Positions 23,732-35,890 of a DNA stretch of 64,000 nt are shown here, one piece after another. Both the position numbers and the translations under genes were made by a program. Below the pieces are notes generated by a model that ran no database searches, was not told the origin of the DNA, and saw nothing but the letters and a program-made list of their open reading frames with translations. Origin of the DNA: Octopus vulgaris (taxonomy: Eukaryota); NCBI GenBank assembly GCA_951406725.2, contig OX597843.1, positions 19,282,001 through 19,346,000 of the forward strand, in the 5' to 3' direction. Within the stretch, counting starts at the first letter, position 1. Each line of letters begins with the position of its first letter.

Positions 23732-25892
23732 AGGAGTACATTCTTCACCAGGAAAGACCTTCCATTTAAGAACAAAAGTATATCCTGCTTTTCTGGTGAG
23801 AACATGGTCGATCTGGCTTGTGTGGCCACCAGAATGAGTGACCGGTTGATTTGCTGTAGTTAGTCTTGCAGATCATCATGTCGTTTGCATCAGAGACTTC
23901 CTGTAGCCTAGTTCCCTCCTCATTTTGAGAACTGACTTCATGGAAATCCCTAGGATGCTGCTTACCATGTCCACTGGAATGCCCAGCCGCAAAGAGAGAA
24001 GTCTCATATCTGCCTTCCATGAGACGTAGAAATCGGATGGTTTGGCAGGCGCTTGCAACTGCACCCTGCTCTGCAATCTTTGACATGGCTTCAATGCTTG
24101 GACGTCCTTCCTAAAGCCAGCCACTACACAGGGACAGGGGGTACTAGAGGCGTTTTACATGGCACCGGCACCAACGAACCAGCAAGGAGCTTGCAAGACA
24201 AGACCTCCCCCTCAACAGAGTAGTCTGGTGCCAAGTGATGGGGGGGAGGGAGGGGTTAGAGGATGAAGAGAGGGACGGGAGCAGAAGAGATACATGGCAA
24301 CCCATTTAGAGAGGAAAGAGGCAGGCAGATGGTTGCAGGGATAGGGCAGAGAGGATTGGGTAAAGCGAGGGGGATCTGGAATGGAGGAAAGGAATGCAGT
24401 GAATGTACACGGGGAGAGGAAGGGGTTACGAGAAAGATATGTTGAGTGGGGGGGGGGGATCATCAGGGACATATTGCATGAAGGAGTAGGTTCATGAGAA
24501 TGTAAAGGGGACTCGGGAGTTAGAGGGGAGGGAAATTCAAAGAGTGGAGGGTGAGGTGTTGATGAGTTGTTGGGGTGAGGCTTGTTGCCAGGGGCAGATT
24601 GTGTGCAGGGATACAGCCATAGATATGCCTTTGGGGCCTTGGTTTTATTTATATGAAAAGGTTTTCTCAATCCTCTGTCATTTCCTCTGCAAGGTTCCTT
24701 TTTCAGAAATATTTTTCTCTTAAAATTTATTAATCAGAGAAAAACAATTTTAATTAAAAATATAAATTTAATTCAAGATGAGAATTTTTGTTTTAATTTC
24801 ATTTCCCAGAATTGGAGCTTTTTAGTTTTTTGCTTTTGGGTTGACCCTTTCCTATAGATGGTTCTTCATCCTGCAAGAGAATGGAAAGAAGAATATTAAT
24901 TAATTCATCCATGACAATACATTTTTTAAAAAAATTCATTATGAACAGCACAAGCAGTATTAGTTCAAAATAGCAACCTGCTTATCATACTTAAAGTATA
25001 TACATTGTTGAAAGCCTAATTATCTACAGTGTTTGTCTCAAGAAAACATCTCTAATAGATGTATTGTGTTAAAAAATGAAGAAACATGTCAATAACAAGG
25101 CAAAAATCATCCAGCAGCAACAGAGGCTGCATTCTTGAATATGCATTTCTGCTCATTTGAACTTCATCAGCAGCATGCTTACGCACGTTAACGATTAGCA
25201 GCCTCACACAAATTTAGCCACTAATGATTTATTAAAACAGTGACTGAAAAAAAAACAAAGAAAAGAAAAGACAATCATTGGTATTGCAATTAACCAATGG
25301 GATGAATTAAAGTTTCTTGTGTTTCAGGCCAGAGACAGCATATACAGAAATATATCAGCAGCAGCAAAAGGAAATAGACAGTTGCATTGCTGAATGTGTA
25401 TTTCTGCGTCTTTGGGCTTCGTCAGTAGCAAGTATTCACTGGCAACATCATGCTTAGACTGATAAAACACAAACAATCGCTGATGTGACTATTAACCTGT
25501 ACACTGAATAAAAATTTGTATTAGTTCAAAACTACAATCTGTGTATTACACATAAAGCAGACACATCTTTGAAAGCCTCATCGGGTTATCTCCAAACATG
25601 ACACCAACCTGACACGTGTGACCTCTTTCCTGTAACGACCCCAACCTCTGTTCCACAACGACAAAATCCTCTTCAGACATTCACTCATCATTGTGTCTCC
25701 TCTCTGCAGTTGTTGCATGAAGATGAGACGAGGTCATCTGTGGTGACCTTTCTGATCTTAGCAAGTCATGGAAATCAACCACAATGCTGATGATCGCCAA
25801 CCACCACCACCACCACCACCTCACAGTCACCACTACAAAATTACAAGCTTTCCGAACATGACCATCCATCCATAACATGATATGCTACTTAC

Positions 25893-25954
25893 ACACTGTT
25901 TCATCTCTTCTTCCTCTTTATCTTCATTTGAAACCGTGACAGCCTTGTTCTTGT
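25893..25954 (-). CDS. NOP9: NOP9 putative additional 3' coding exon (DKNKAVTVSNEDKEEEEMKQC)
   Basis: Acceptor TGTTTTCTGTCTGCAG, donor GTAAGT; phase 1 matches the donor at 35035; no homology support. Confidence 0.55.
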
Positions 25955-26000
25955 CTGCAGACAGAAAACAAACAATTTTGAAATAAAACAACAAAGAAAA

Positions 26001-26035
<35 letters not shown>

Positions 26036-26133
26036 CATACACACCCACACATTTCCAGTTTAGGTGAAGATGTGGCTGTGTGGTAAAGAAAAAGCTTGCT
26101 TCCCAACCACTTGGTTCTGGGTTCAGTCCCACT

Positions 26134-26603
26134 GGTATCAGGACAAAATCCCCAGAGGATAAATTTTACACAAACATATCAAGTAATAAATATTTAAAAT
26201 ATTGTTGTATTTCGGAATGGTCATTTTGCCAGTTTAGCCAATAAAGACACACGCACTATATATTTGGTGTTATTTATTTTTTACATTAATCTTAATCTTA
26301 TTGCGGCCAGAGTTCTTTCGTCACACTCTGGCCGAAATAAGATTAAGATTAATGTAAAAAATAAATAACACTGAAGCAAAGTAACACCAAATATATAGTG
26401 TGTGTGTTTTTATTGGCTAAACTGGCAAAATGACCATTCCTAAATACAACAATATCTGTTTCAACACACGACTTCACAAAAAAAATCTTGCACAACAAAT
26501 ATATAAATGTACTAATATTTAAAATCTTTATAAAATTTCACATTTTTGTTATAAAGAAAGAATATCCTGAGGGATACTGACTGTCCATTGATGTCCTAGT
26601 ACC
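26134..26603. mobile_element. TIR DNA transposon inserted in a SINE, containing a hairpin
   Basis: Termini GGTATCAGGACA / TGTCCTAGTACC; near-identical 8-bp flanks GTCCCACT / ATCCCACT; the interrupted SINE resumes after 26604. Confidence 0.65.
26199..26455. repeat. Inverted repeat (~115-bp arms, 13-nt loop)
   Basis: ATATTGTTGTATTT...GGCCAGAG mirrored by CTCTGGCC...AAATACAACAATAT, with one insertion. Confidence 0.9.
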
Positions 26604-27065
26604 ATCCCACTGTGTGACACCTTGGAGCCTTCTACTGTAGTCCCCGGCTAATCAAAGCCTTGTGAGTGGATCTGGCAGATGAAAACTGAAAGAAGCCCAT
26701 CGTGTGACCATGTGTTTATGACCCCATAACTTAGCGGCTCATCAGAAGCGACTGACAGAATAAGAACCACTTTGAAGAACTTTCAGTCAAAGGAACCAAC
26801 CCCAGGCCTTTTCCTTTTTAAACTTGATACTTATTCTGTCTGTCTCTTCTGCTGAACTGCTAAGTTATGGGGAGGCAACACACCAACACTGGTTGTCAAG
26901 AGATGGCGGAGGAAAAAGACAAATAGAAAGACACACACACACACATCATCATCATCGTTTAACAACCGTTTTCCATGCTGGCATGGGCTGGACGGTTCGA
27001 CCGGGGTCTGGCAAGCCAGGAGGCTGCACCAGGCTCCAATCTGATCTTTTTTTGTTTTGTTTTTG

Positions 27066-27281
27066 TTTTTCCAGTTTCAGCTCTTGAGCTGTGGCCATGC
27101 TGGGGCACCGCCATTGTGGTGAAAGAGTACAGCAGGGATCACCACCATCCCCTGCCGGAGCCTCGTAGAGCTTTTAGGTGTTTTCGCTCAATAAACACAC
27201 ACAACGCCTGGTCTGAGAATCGAAACCGCGATCCTGCGACCGCGAGTCCGCTGCCCTAACCACTGGGCCATTGCGCCTCCA
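27066..27281 (-). mobile_element. tRNA-derived SINE (family D)
   Basis: Minus strand GGAGGCGCAATGGCCCAGTGGTTAG...GGTTTCGATTC head. Confidence 0.7.
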
Positions 27282-27958
27282 CAGTGTTTCTGGCAGTGCT
27301 TCTACAGATTGTTGCCCTTCCTAACGCCAACCACTCCGAGAGTGTAGGGGGTCCTTTTTATGAGGACTCATATATATATTCTTTTACTTGTTTCAGTCAT
27401 TTTTGACTGTAGACATGCTGGACCACCACCTTCTATATATGACAGGCTTCTTTCAGTTTCCACCTATCATATCCACTCAGAAGGCTTTGGTTGTCCCAAG
27501 GCTATAGTAGAAGACACTTGTCCAACGTGCCATGCAGTGAGACTGAACCCAGGACCATGGTGTTGAGAATCATGCTTCTTACCACACAGCCACCCCTGTA
27601 TAAACAGCATTGATGAGAAGATGAATCAGTGAAGCAATTTGGCTGAAGATGGAAAGATGGTAAAGAACGGAGCAGTCAAGAGAGAACTGGAAACGCATTG
27701 TGGCCAGTGGGGTATAACAGCATTTGATGGTCGAGACCAGAGGTTCCCTGCCTGGGGTACTGCAGACCCCTGCGGATCCGTGAACTAAATTCAAAATTTC
27801 ATTCATTCATACATACATATACATACACATAAGGATAAGCATATTAAAAGGGGTCTGTGGGAAAAACTCATTTAAATAAAAGGGTTAGGGATCGCTGGTC
27901 AATGCAGCGTGATATAAACACACAATAAAAGGTGGGCATTAAAAAAATATATAAATAA

Positions 27959-30600
27959 CTAGCAGTATCGCCCGGCGTTGCTCGGGTTTGTAAGGGAAAT
28001 AACTATATAAGCCTTTTTAGAGAGTTACTTCCTTCATAGATGCCAATTCGGGCCTTCTTAGCCATTTCTGTTTTGGTGTCTTCAAGCCATGAAGTCGTTG
28101 TTCTAAAAGAACGCTGGTCTCCTTGACAACGCATTACGACGTTGATTTCCTTACACTCCCTTCCCCACAGCTTCACGAGGGAGGGAAGAAGGGGAGAAGC
28201 AAACAGGTGCAGCTGTGACCATGGACGCCAACTCCGCCGCCATCGACACACGAAAAATTATGCATTAAAATGGAATAAAAAATGATGTTAAATTATTTTT
28301 AAAATCGTAGACTCATCATAGACGCGCGCTAATAGCCAGACGGGCTCGATATGAATCACGACTATAAGATACCCGAACTTGGTTAAACTGCACAGCAAAA
28401 TGTGGGAGTAGTTAGGAATCTAAATCGAAGGGGACAGACACTCACACAACTACAGTTTTATATATATATAGATTATGCATTAAAATGGAATAAAAAATGA
28501 TGTTAAATTATTTTTAAAATCGTAGACTCATCGTAGACGCGCGCTAATAGCCAGACGGGCTCGATATGAATCACGACTATAAGATACCCGAATTCGGTTA
28601 AACTGCACCGCAAAATGTGGGAGTAGTTAGGAATCTAAATCGAAGGGGACAGACACTCACACAACTACAGTTTTATATATATAGATTATGCATTAAAATG
28701 GAATAAAAAATGATGTTAAATTATTTTTAAAATCGTAGACTCATCGTAGACGCGCGCTAATACTCAGACAGGCTCGATATCAATCACGGCTATAAGATAC
28801 CCGAATTTGGTTAAACTGCACCGCAAAATGTGGGAGTAGTTAGGAATCTAAATCGAAGGGGACAGACACTCACACAACTACAGTTTTATATATATAGATT
28901 ATGCATTAAAATGGAATAAAAAATGATGTTAAATTATTTTTAAAATCGTAGACTCATCGTAGACGCGCGCTAATAGCCAGACGGGCTCGATATGAATCAC
29001 GACTATAAGATACCCGAGTTTGGTTAAACTGCACCGCAAAATGTGGGAGTAGTTAGGAATCTAAATCGAAGCGGACAGACACTCACACAACTACAGTTTT
29101 ATATATATAGATTATGCATTAAAATGGAATAAAAAATGATGATAAATTATTTTTTAAATCATAGACTCATCGTAAACGCTCGCCAATAGCCAGACGAGCT
29201 CGATATGAATCACGACTATAAGATACCCGAATTTGGTTAAACTGCACCGCAAAATGTGGGAATAGTTAGGAATCTAAATCGAAGGGGACAGACACTCACA
29301 CAACTACAGTTTTATATATAGATTATGCATTAAAATGGAATAAAAAATTATGTTAAATTATTTTTAAAATCGTAGACTCATCGTAGACGCGCGCTAATAC
29401 TCAGACGGGCTCGATATGAATCACGACTATAAGATACCCGAATTTGGTTAAACTGCACCGCAAAATGTGGGAGTAGTTAGGAATCTAAATCGAAGGGGAC
29501 AGACACTCACACAACTACAGTTTTATATATATAGATTATGCATTAAAATGGAATAAAAAATGATGTTAAATTATTTTTAAAATCGTAGACTCATCGTAGA
29601 CGCGCGCTAATAGCCAGACGGGCTCGATATGAATCACGACTATAAGATACCCGAATTTGGTTAAACTGCACCGCAAAATGTGGGAGTAGTTAGGAATCTA
29701 AATCGAAGGGGACAGACACTCACACAACTACAGTTTTATATATATAGATTTTGCATTAAAATAGAATAAAAAATGATGTTAAATTATTTTTAAAATCGTA
29801 GACTCATCGTAGACGCGCGCTAATAGCCAGACGGGCTCGATATGAATCACGACTATAAGATACCCGAGTTTGGTTAAACTGCACCGCAAAATGTGGGAGT
29901 AGTTAGGAATCTAAATCGAAGGGGACAGACACTCACACAACTACAGTTTTATATATATAGATTATGCATTAAAATGGAATAAAAAATGATGTTAAATTAT
30001 TTTTAAAATTGTAGACTCATCGTAGACGCGCGCTAATACCCAGAAGGGCTCGATATGAATCACGACTATAAGATACCCGAATTCGGTTAAACTGCACCGC
30101 AAAATGTGGGAGTAGTTAGGAATCTAAATCGAAGGGGACAGACACTCACACAACTACAGTTTTATATATATAGATTATGCATTAAAATGGAATAAAAAAT
30201 GATGATAAATTATTTTTAAAATCGTAGACTCATCGTAGACGCTCGCCAATAGCCAGACGGGCTCGATGTGAATCACGACTATAAGATACCCGAATTTGGT
30301 TAAACTGCACCGCAAAATGTGGGAATAGTTAGGAATCTAAATCGAAGGGGACAGACACTCACACAACTACAGTTTTATATATATAGATTATGCATTAAAA
30401 TGGAATAAAAAATGATGTTAAATTATTTTTAAAATCGTACACTCATCGTAGACGCGCGCTAATACCCAGAAGGGCTCGATATGAATCACGACTATAAGAT
30501 ACCCGAATTTGGTTAAACTGCACCGCAAAATGTGGGAGTAGTTAGGAATCTAAATCGAAGGGGACAGACACTTACACAACTACAGTTTTATATATATAGA
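27959..30600 (-). mobile_element. Non-autonomous Helitron whose 5'-terminal ~213 bp is tandemly amplified
   Basis: Minus strand A|TCTATATA...CCCGAGCAACGCCGGG hairpin...CTAG|T; no TSD. Confidence 0.85.
28258..30600. repeat. Satellite, 11 x ~213 bp
   Basis: Unit junctions at 28471, 28684, 28897, 29110, 29321, 29534, 29747, 29960, 30173, 30386, 30599. Confidence 0.95.
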
Positions 30601-31002
30601 TATGAAGAAATATGTATGAAAAATTCTGTATATGCAACTGAGGAACGCTTTAATTAGAATAGCTCTACACAGGCCATATGGACCACCATATCTGTCCAGA
30701 GGTAACGTCTCTTTATGGATTTGCTGTTAAAAACCACAAGAAATATGAGTGATGTCCCTTTCAATGGTGGGTGCTGGCAGCCAGTCACATGTCCAGTCAC
30801 ATGTTCATGTAGAGGAAGCAGGAAAATCTTGACTGACGTCCCTTGACAAGTTATTACGGTGGCCTAAATTACAATCCTTTAATCCTTTAGCATTCAGATT
30901 ACTCTGTCAAATGTAATCCCTATTTATTCCCACTTTTACATTAATTAGGCATTACTTTGTAGTTCTGAGGGTAGAACGATGTGATTGTTGCATTTTTAGA
31001 AT

Positions 31003-31743
31003 GACCCTTTAGGGTAGGCATGAGGCTGGATCAAGCGACCCTTTAGGGTGGGCATGAGGCTGGATCAAGCAACCCTTTAGGGTGGGCATGAGGCTGGATC
31101 AAGCGACCCTTTAGGGTGGGCATGAGGCTGGATCAAGCAACCCTTTAGGGTGGGCATGAGGCTGGATCAAGCAACCCTTTAGGGTGGGCATGAGGCTGGA
31201 TCAAGCGACCCTTTAGGGTAGGCATGAGGCTGGATCAAGCGACCCTTTAGGGTGGGCATGAGGCTGGATCAAGCAACCCTTTAGGGTGGGCATGAGGCTG
31301 GATCAAGCAACCCTTTAGGGTAGGCATGAGGCTGGATCAAGCGACCCTTTAGGGTGGGCATGAGGCTGGATCAAGCAACCCTTTAGGGTGAGCATGAGGG
31401 CTGGATCAAGTGACCCTTTAGGGTGGGCATGAGAGGCTGGATCAAGCGACCCTTTAGGGTGGGCATGAGAGGCTGGATCAAGCGGCCCTTTAGGGTAGGC
31501 ATGAGAGGCTGGATCAAGCGACCCTTTAGGGTGGGCATCAGAGGCTGGATCAAGCGACCCTTTAGGGTGGGCATGAGAGGCTGGATCAAGCGACCCTTTA
31601 GGGTAGGCATGAGAGGCTGGATCAAGCGACCCTTTAGGGTAGGCATGAAGCTGGATCAAGCAACCCTTTAGGGTAGGCATGAGAGGCTGGATCAAGCGAC
31701 CCTTTAGGGTGGGCATGAGAGGCTGGATCAAGTAACCCTTTAG
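31003..31743. repeat. 34/36-bp minisatellite x ~21 containing TTTAGGG
   Basis: Unit GACCCTTTAGGGTRGGCATG(AG)AGGCTGGATCAAGC; lies inside a MITE remnant starting at ~30883. Confidence 0.95.
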
Positions 31744-31916
31744 TTGTGACAATGGAAGAAAATTACAAACAGCACAATCTGGATGAAAAGCCTGTTGGGT
31801 TGAGTTCAAGGCTTCTGTATTTTGTGGCAAGTAAATAAACAATGGGAAGGTGTTCAGAAAACAAGTCTAGCCTTTTTCTGAATCAAAAGCAGACAGTTTC
31901 CAGCTGAAAATACCAG

Positions 31917-32250
31917 GTGCAGGAGTGGCTGTGTGGTAAGTAGCTTGCTAACCAACCACATGGTTCCGGGTTCAGTCTCACTGCATGGCACCTTGGGCAA
32001 GTGTCTTCTGCTATAGCCTCGGGCCGACCAATGCCTTGTGAGCGGATTTGGTAGACGGAAACTGAAAGAAGTCCATCATAGGCGCAGGAGTGGCTGTGTG
32101 GTAAGTAGCTTGCTAACCAACCACATGGTTCCGGGTTCAGTCCCACTGCGTGGCACCTTGGGCAAGTGTCTTCTGCTATAGCCCCAGGCCGACCAATGCC
32201 TTGTGAGTGGATTTGGTAGACGGAAACTGAAAGAAGCCTGTTGTATATAT

Positions 32251-32286
<36 letters not shown>

Positions 32287-32483
32287 TTGTCCCCCTAGCA
32301 TTGGCTTGACAACCGATGCTGGTGTGTTTACGTCCCCGTCACTTAGCGGTTCGGCAAAAGAGACCGATAGAATAAGTACTGGGCTTACAAAGAATAAGTC
32401 CCGGGGTCGATTTGCTCGACTAAAGGCGGTGCTCCAGCATGGCCACAGTCAAATGACTGAAACAAGTAAAAGAGTAAAAGAGT
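31917..32483 (+). mobile_element. SINE family A with tandemly duplicated head
   Basis: Two heads (31917, 32081), one tail. Confidence 0.8.
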
Positions 32484-32865
32484 AAATCAACTTTGCAAAA
32501 TGTATATTTTGAGGACGTTTCTCAAGGCAACACAAGGTGTCTGCAACTAGAGGAAGGAAAACTTGTGGTTGACAAATTGCAACACAGAGAAGGTTGAGCT
32601 TGATACAGAGATGGCTGCGTATGTAAATATGATTCAGCAAAACGAAGGAAGATAGTTGACAGTAGTCCTTCATAGGTAGGTGGGTGGGTGGTGAAATCTT
32701 TAGTAAAAATATAATTGAGGAGGAAGAAGAAAATTCAAGATTGCAATTGAATCCTTGAAACAAGACAAATAGGGAGCGTAATGTGCATTCTGCATACACA
32801 GATATATACAAAATTGGTGGTTAACAAAGGAATAATTGCTAGTGTGTACCTGCAGAGTCTGCATA

Positions 32866-33242
32866 CACTACCGTCAGAAATTAATTAGCACCCTTGATTT
32901 GCTCTTCACTCAAGGTATGTGCTGTCACCTAGTGGCCATATCTCGAACTATTGCTTTGTTGCGAGTTCACTGTTGCGCAGAACGATGACGTAACTTTGTT
33001 TGCAGAGCAGTTTGAGAGTCTACAGCCTTATGATGTTGACATAGCAGTGCAACAACTTGGAGTGCGGATGCAGACAAATCTTCCTTTGTTTAATAGATAT
33101 AGGTAGCGCCTCGCAAGGACCGAAATCACACCATACTAAGTTTTCTCATCACGTAAGACGTTTTGAACAGCTCATAGCTTAATTGATTTAACCTATTTAG
33201 TGTAGAAATTTGAGAAGTGCTAATTAATTTCTGACGCAAGTG
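32866..33242. mobile_element. Tc1-like MITE
   Basis: TA|CACTACCGTCAGAAATTAATTAGCAC...GTGCTAATTAATTTCTGACGCAAGTG|TA. Confidence 0.8.
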
Positions 33243-33343
33243 TATGTGCATCTTTCTCTTGCATGCATACACAGACACTTACGCGCTGAGAGTTTTATGC
33301 ATTGGCATCTGTCAGACCACTGAGATATATTTTTATACATATA

Positions 33344-33737
33344 CTAGCAGTATCGCCCGGCGTTGCTCGGGTTTGTAAGGGAAATAACTATACAGCATTT
33401 TTAGAGAGTTATAGCCAAAAAATAGCAAAAAAATGCATTAAAAATGGAAAAAATATGATGGTAAATTTTTTTTTAAATCGTTGTCTCATCGTAGACATTT
33501 TTAGAGAGTTACTTCCCTTTAAAAAAATATGCATGAAAATGGAAAAAAATTATGGTAAATTATTTTTAAAATCGTAGACTCATCGTAGACGCGCGCTAGT
33601 ACCCAGAAGGGCTCGATATGAATCACGACTATAAGATACCCGAATTTGGTTAAACTGCACCGCAAAATGTGGGAATAGTTAGGAATCTAAATCGAAGGGG
33701 ACAGACACTCACACAACTACAGTTTTATATATATAGA
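33344..33737 (-). mobile_element. Non-autonomous Helitron (single copy of the 213-bp-type 5' end)
   Basis: Same hairpin+CTAG 3' end and TC 5' end as 27959; AT target site. Confidence 0.85.
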
Positions 33738-34406
33738 TATTGTATATATAGGTTCAGGAGTGGCTGTGTGGTAAGAGGCTTGCTTCCCAACCACATGGTT
33801 CCGGGTTCAGTCCTACTGCATGGCACCTTGGGCAAGTGTCTTCTACTATAGCCTCAGGTCGACCAAAGCCTTGTGAGTGGATGAGGTAGACGGAAACTGA
33901 AAGAAGCCTGTCGTATATATATATATATATATGTTTGTGTGTGTTTGTGTTTGTCCCCCAATCATTGGTGTGGTTATTTCCCTGTAACTTAGTGGTTCAG
34001 CAAAATAGGCCAATGGAATAAGTACAAGGCTTACAAAGAGTAAGTCGTGGGGTTGATTCGTTCAACTAAAGGCAGTGCTCCAGCATGGCTGCAGTGAAAT
34101 GACTGAAACACGTAAAAGAATAAAAGAATATATATGTTAAAGGAAAAAGAAGAACAAAACCAAGACCGGACGAGCATCTCAGAATAATTAGAATAATTAG
34201 AATAAAAATTAATCAAAAATAGAGAAGTAATTACTTATGCTTTTTTGATTCACCTTTATTCTAATTAAATCACCTGAGACGCTCGTCTCGTCTTGGTTGT
34301 CCTTTTTCCTTTAAGACACACCTGCTGACTCGGAAGCTTACTACGGATACTGAGCTCCAGCCTCAGCCGTGAACTTGGAACCTAACGGATGACCAATTAT
34401 TCAGCA

Positions 34407-34782
34407 CTAGCAGTATCGCCCGGCGTTGCTCGGGTTTGTAAGGGAAATAACTATAAAGCATTTTTAGAGAGTTATAGCCAAAAAATAGGGAAAAAAAATT
34501 ATGGTAAATTTATTTTTGAGAGTTAAAAATGTTGAGTTGCGTCCCCTAGACAGTCTGTGGTTTGTGTTTCTGATTCTCGACCCCATGTCGAATTTATTGA
34601 TTTTTTTCAGAACTGGGGGAACTTTTCCAAATTTTCGCTGCGTTAGTTTTGAATTATGACATTGGGCTATGTGTGTGTCAAGTTTCATCAGAATCGGTTG
34701 AAAGCCGTGGTCAGGGTGAGGGTACAACCTAACAGACACACAGACATGCAGACAGACGAACTGCCGTTTATATAGAGAGAGA
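34407..34782 (-). mobile_element. Non-autonomous Helitron (alternative 5' end)
   Basis: Hairpin+CTAG 3' end; TCTCTCTCTATATAAACGGCAG 5' end. Confidence 0.8.
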
Positions 34783-35034
34783 TACCTATATATACACACA
34801 CACACGAACATCATCATCATCATCTAGTGTTTTAAATCCAGGTTTTGTCCCCGTTAACAGGGGTGGCTGGATCTACCTCAAAGCCATAGCAACCCCAGGT
34901 TGTCAGGTGCCGCCACCCCAAACTTTGGGAGGGATGGTGTCCATTCTCTTTTGCTATCACGAGGCATTTTTGGAGCTGGATTTTCTACGGAATCCCCAAG
35001 GGGTAACCCAACCCCATCCGCCTTTTCCACTTAC

Positions 35035-35290
35035 CTAAGATATCAGCAAAGATCTTCCTCTTCTTTGCCTTCGAGCTCTGACTCATCCGCCACCTCTTGT
35101 TGCTGTTCATGAATAACTGGAGCTGGAAGTTGTGGAAGACAAAGGCCCCATACCAGTGCTGGCGTAGGTGGAGGCTCTGCTTAGCCAGGATCCCAGCAAC
35201 CCGCACCCTCTGATCAATGTTGAAGTTGGGCCACATCGACTGACATGTTCGGCTGCCAAATTTGGAACAAGCCATCCTCAACAGCATCGG
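35035..35290 (-). CDS. NOP9: NOP9 exon (C-terminal Pumilio repeats)
   Basis: PMLLRMACSKFGSRTCQSMW...YGAFVFHNFQLQLF...AKKRKIFADIL resembles the NOP9 C-terminus; AG/GT borders; phase 0 to 1. Confidence 0.88.
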
Positions 35291-35485
35291 CTAATCACAA
35301 AATGAGATTTAAAAAAGAAAAAGAAAAACAGAGAAATGGTTAGTTGCTGTTTGACCCCTTAAATAGGGGTTTGCTTATTGAAATGTTTATAGTTTATATA
35401 TCTGTGGTCAAATTATTATGCAAATTGGCAGTATCGCAGAAAAGTCTGTTTGTTTCTGTTTCATTTTTTTAATGCAAACAGTTGT

Positions 35486-35890
35486 AGGTGCAGGAGTGGC
35501 TGTGTGGTAAGTAGCTTGCTAACCAACCACATGGTTCCGGGTTCAGTCCCACTGTGTGGCATCTTGGGCAAGTGTCTTCTGCTATAGCCCCGGGCCGACC
35601 AATGCCTTGTGAGTGGATTTGGTAGACGGAAACTGAAAGAAGCCTGTCGTATATATGTATATATATATAAGTGTGTGTGTGTATATGTTTGTGTGTCTGT
35701 GTTTGTCCCCCTAGCATTGCTTGACAACCGATGCTGGTGTGTCTACGTCCCCGTCACTTTGCGATTCGGCAAAATAGACCGATAGAATAAGTACTGGGCT
35801 TACAAAGAATAAGTCCCGGGGTCGATTTGCTCGACTAAAGGCGGTGCTCCAGCATGGCCGCAGTCAAATGACTGAAACAAGTAAAAGAGA
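35486..35890 (+). mobile_element. SINE family A
   Basis: Matches the 7019 element. Confidence 0.85.

Noticed and set aside
28258-30600. Regular arrays (213, 35, 63, 34/36 bp) as CRISPR-like loci
   Set aside because: No unique spacers and no cas-like ORFs; they are head-to-tail tandem repeats in eukaryotic introns
31003-31743. Interstitial telomere
   Set aside because: Only one TTAGGG per 34-36-bp unit, and the origin traces to a MITE
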